From the NCBI GenBank assembly GCA_032718475.1, contig JAUCBJ010001851.1:1-46463 (forward strand): a stretch of 46,463 nt of DNA, in the 5' to 3' direction. This DNA is from Nemertoderma westbladi. Its lineage: Eukaryota; Animalia; Xenacoelomorpha. Below are positions 43,787 through 46,463 of the stretch, in pieces. The first letter of the stretch is position 1, and the number at the start of each line of letters is the position of its first letter. The translations under genes and the position numbers were made by a program. Under the pieces are notes generated by a model that saw only the letters and a program-made list of their open reading frames with translations, did not search any database and was not told the DNA's origin.

Positions 43787-46243
43787 CTAATGCCATAGCT
43801 GAAGGGCTACCCCCATCTCTGTTTGTTTATTCAAAAGGGGTATTGTCGCCTCTTTTATGCTCAAAGATTCGGCAATACGTACATGACTCTTTTTTTGACA
43901 CATATATGCGATTTTAAAACTATCGATCGGCGGACGCACCTGCCCACATATTGGCCAGTGCTCCGAAACAGATGTCCCTCCCGCAGTACGCCTATGTTCG
44001 GAAACCCTATCATGGAAATGGCGCACAGTGTGGCCAATGTATGCCTTTTGACAGGCATGACATTCGTACTTATATACGATATTTGATTGAAGGGGTTCCG
44101 GAACACGATCTTTATTAGGGAACAGACTGCCAACCTTTTTTGCTCTAAAGGCCATAAGCAACTTATAATCTCTGGGTAATACTGAATTGATTAGCCCCCT
44201 AAACCTCTTTTCAAAAATTTTATCATACCTATAAAAAGGCAATGATAATACTATATTTTTCATCTTTGGTGTGGGTCGGTTACCAACTAAGACTTTATCC
44301 TGCGCACGCCTAATAATTGAATTAGGATAACCATTAGCTCTCAAATACGTAGTTAGTTTATCAAAACCCTCAAGCACTGATACCCAACTGCTACAAATAA
44401 TTAATATCCGATAAAATAATGTAAATATCATCGACCATTTGTATTTAGGGTGTGTTATACTCTGTTCAGGGGTATAAAGACCCGTGTGCGTAGGTTTGGT
44501 GTACCAAGATGTAGCGAAACCGTTTCTGGTACGTTTAACCAAAACATCCAGAAAAGGAATGCTAGCATCCTTTTCCAATTCTACAGTAAATTTCGCATTT
44601 GGTTCCAAAGAGTTCATAAAATCTAAAAATCTTGATTGGCGATTACCGCCTGGATCAAATGTAAGTATCGAGTCATCCACGAAACGTTTGTAGAGTTCAG
44701 GTAGAATCTCAGAGTCACAAGTTTCAAAATTACATTCCAACATATACATGAAAAAACCTGCCAACGTGCAGGCCAAGGGGGATCCCATTGCTAAACCATC
44801 CTTCTGGATGTAATCTGTACCATTGAACTTGAAATGGTGTCCATTCAAGTTATCACTGTGGCCAAGGGCCAATAAAACCAATTTGTGGAAAGTTTCTTTT
44901 AACATTGGTGGTCTTTCACTTAATTCCAACTCATACACCTTGTCTACCGCAAACTTAACAGTTTTTCGCAACGGTACATTGGTAAATAGACTAACCACAT
45001 CAAAGCTACACAGAAGCTTTTCCGATAAATCTCGATCTTTATATTGTTCTAGAACTTTCAAGAAGTCAAAAGTATCATTCACAGTATATGACGCAGGGAG
45101 TGCCTTCTTTAACCAAACATCCATTTCTTTGGCAAGTTCGTATGTGTAACACCCAGTCGCCGATAATATTGGACGTAGTGGGACCCCATCCTTATGGACT
45201 TTGGCTAGACCATAAAGTCGCGCAGGTGAACTACCCACTGCCTTCAAGCGCCTAAACTTAGCATCAGACAGTTTACATGCTTTCAGAGCATCATTAAACT
45301 TGTCTTCAACTAAACATGTTGTGTCCCTGGTTTGTCTATGATGTGGTTTGTAGATTTCGAACTTTGTATTATCGTCTAAGATTAAATGCATTTTATCCAA
45401 ATACTCCTGTCTATCCATAATGACTGTTCCTTTCCCTTTATCATATTTACAAATATATAATGATGAATCCTTCGCTAATTCACTCAAAGTTCTTTCTATC
45501 GAGCTCAAGCAAACCGGCTGTTGGTTTGCATAACCTAATACTAGAGACTGTACGCGAGCTTTTAATTCTAGAGACTTTGAGGGTGAGAGTGGTTCCTCCT
45601 GCACCTGTAATACGTTCCGATAGAATATTTCCGAATCAATTTTGACTCTCATAAGATCGATTTTCTTATATCCCACTGACAAATCAAAGCCTAATTTTAG
45701 GCAATCTGTCTCCTTTTGCGTTAGAGTCCTACTTGACACATTGAGGACTGTATTCTCCACTGTGAATTTGTTTGCAATCCCTTTATTTTGAATCAAAACC
45801 TCGAGTTTCTTTCGTACTCGATGCTTCTTTGCCAGTAGAGCAGTAGCATTTATACGCTCTATGTTGTCAAGTAAAGATACGACTTCTGTGGATGATAACT
45901 GTTCGGTTAATGTGTCCTTAAGGATTCTAAAACGGTCAGTTAATCCAGTTATTTCTTGTTTGATATTTCTCAGCCGTCGTCTAACGATATCCAGTCTTTG
46001 ACGTGCGAATGAGTCCGAGAAACAGATCAGGTGCTCCGGTATGCGTATATGCGTAAACTTCGGAGCCACATGTTCCGCCAAACAACGCGAAAGAAAATCC
46101 ACATCGACACTCCTGTTCTGCAGTTGTCGATACACTTTATTCACCTCCCTGTAGGTAATACCCGTACGCTCTGAGCAATGCCGTTTGAAAGAAATAAATG
46201 ATAAAGTAGCTAGAGTTAACATTGTAAACGTTCGAATAAACAT
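43787..46243 (-). CDS. Penelope-like reverse transcriptase with GIY-YIG endonuclease (818 aa, uninterrupted)
   Basis: DKGKGTV, LYGLAKVHK, PLRPI, FDVVSLFTNVP, GLAMGSPL, RFVDD, PFLD; endonuclease NIVYKYEC..C...YIGHT.R...RVSEH...E...LNKQ. Confidence 0.96.
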   Translation of the reverse strand: MFIRTFTMLTLATLSFISFKRHCSERTGITYREVNKVYRQLQNRSVDVDFLSRCLAEHVAPKFTHIRIPEHLICFSDSFARQRLDIVRRRLRNIKQEITGLTDRFRILKDTLTEQLSSTEVVSLLDNIERINATALLAKKHRVRKKLEVLIQNKGIANKFTVENTVLNVSSRTLTQKETDCLKLGFDLSVGYKKIDLMRVKIDSEIFYRNVLQVQEEPLSPSKSLELKARVQSLVLGYANQQPVCLSSIERTLSELAKDSSLYICKYDKGKGTVIMDRQEYLDKMHLILDDNTKFEIYKPHHRQTRDTTCLVEDKFNDALKACKLSDAKFRRLKAVGSSPARLYGLAKVHKDGVPLRPILSATGCYTYELAKEMDVWLKKALPASYTVNDTFDFLKVLEQYKDRDLSEKLLCSFDVVSLFTNVPLRKTVKFAVDKVYELELSERPPMLKETFHKLVLLALGHSDNLNGHHFKFNGTDYIQKDGLAMGSPLACTLAGFFMYMLECNFETCDSEILPELYKRFVDDSILTFDPGGNRQSRFLDFMNSLEPNAKFTVELEKDASIPFLDVLVKRTRNGFATSWYTKPTHTGLYTPEQSITHPKYKWSMIFTLFYRILIICSSWVSVLEGFDKLTTYLRANGYPNSIIRRAQDKVLVGNRPTPKMKNIVLSLPFYRYDKIFEKRFRGLINSVLPRDYKLLMAFRAKKVGSLFPNKDRVPEPLQSNIVYKYECHACQKAYIGHTVRHFHDRVSEHRRTAGGTSVSEHWPICGQVRPPIDSFKIAYMCQKKSHVRIAESLSIKEATIPLLNKQTEMGVALQLWH

Positions 46244-46258
46244 TATAAAATAATAAAA

Positions 46259-46293
46259 ACCGACGCGTTTCGAATTTTAATTCGTCTTCAGGT
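46259..46293 (-). ncRNA. Minimal type I hammerhead ribozyme (5' copy), just upstream of the ORF ATG
   Basis: Same sequence as 43638-43672. Confidence 0.85.
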
Positions 46294-46463
46294 ATATAAT
46301 ACATAACATGGTACAGTACAACAGTACAGTAATTAAATTAGAGTGTACCAACACATAGAATAATAAGATTAAATGGCGCCTAACTAAAGTTCAAATTTGC
46401 CGCCAATCTAATGCCATAGCTGAAGGGCTACCCCCATCTCTGTTTGTTTATTCAAAAGGGGTA

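Larger units (their letters stand above)
43574..46463 (-). mobile_element. Penelope-like element (Penelope/Poseidon type) with pseudo-LTR tandem arrangement, running off the right edge
   Basis: 43574-43842 is repeated at 46195-46463 (offset 2621, one substitution seen). Intact RT plus GIY-YIG ORF and hammerhead motifs. Confidence 0.95.

Noticed and set aside
1-46463. Host protein-coding genes or a prokaryotic/viral system
   Set aside because: Every long ORF maps to a eukaryotic transposon family; no operon structure, phage genes or host exons are recognisable.

Overview
Eukaryotic DNA, probably from an invertebrate animal, made almost entirely of nested transposable elements. No host gene, tRNA, rRNA or CRISPR array is recognisable. 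From the left: two head-to-head LINEs with related ORF1s (1-1331 minus; ~1965-6519 plus). Next is a degenerate EnSpm/CACTA (CMC) transposon (minus) with a transposase and a DUF4806-like ORF, inflated to ~32 kb by later insertions. These are a young BEL/Pao LTR element (7127-19676, CCACT TSD), a piggyBac (19775-30733, TTAA) and a second young BEL/Pao element (33312-38535, TGGAT TSD). The piggyBac holds a Mutator-like foldback, which holds CRE, RTE and IS3EU elements, the last holding a hAT-type MITE. Further right are a DINE-1/HINE-like Helentron derivative, a hAT pseudogene with a Mutator MITE, a Kolobok-type transposase remnant with a CR1/L2 fragment, and an intact Penelope-like element with two hammerhead ribozymes. 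Main observation: both BEL/Pao elements, whose LTRs are unrelated, lack a tRNA-type primer binding site. Each instead has a 10-12 nt sequence abutting the 5' LTR that is complementary to a site inside its own LTR, the geometry of Tf1-type self-priming, which I do not know to be described for BEL/Pao. The first element also carries a triple zinc-knuckle accessory ORF in the env position. All family assignments are from motifs recognised by eye; no database search was run.
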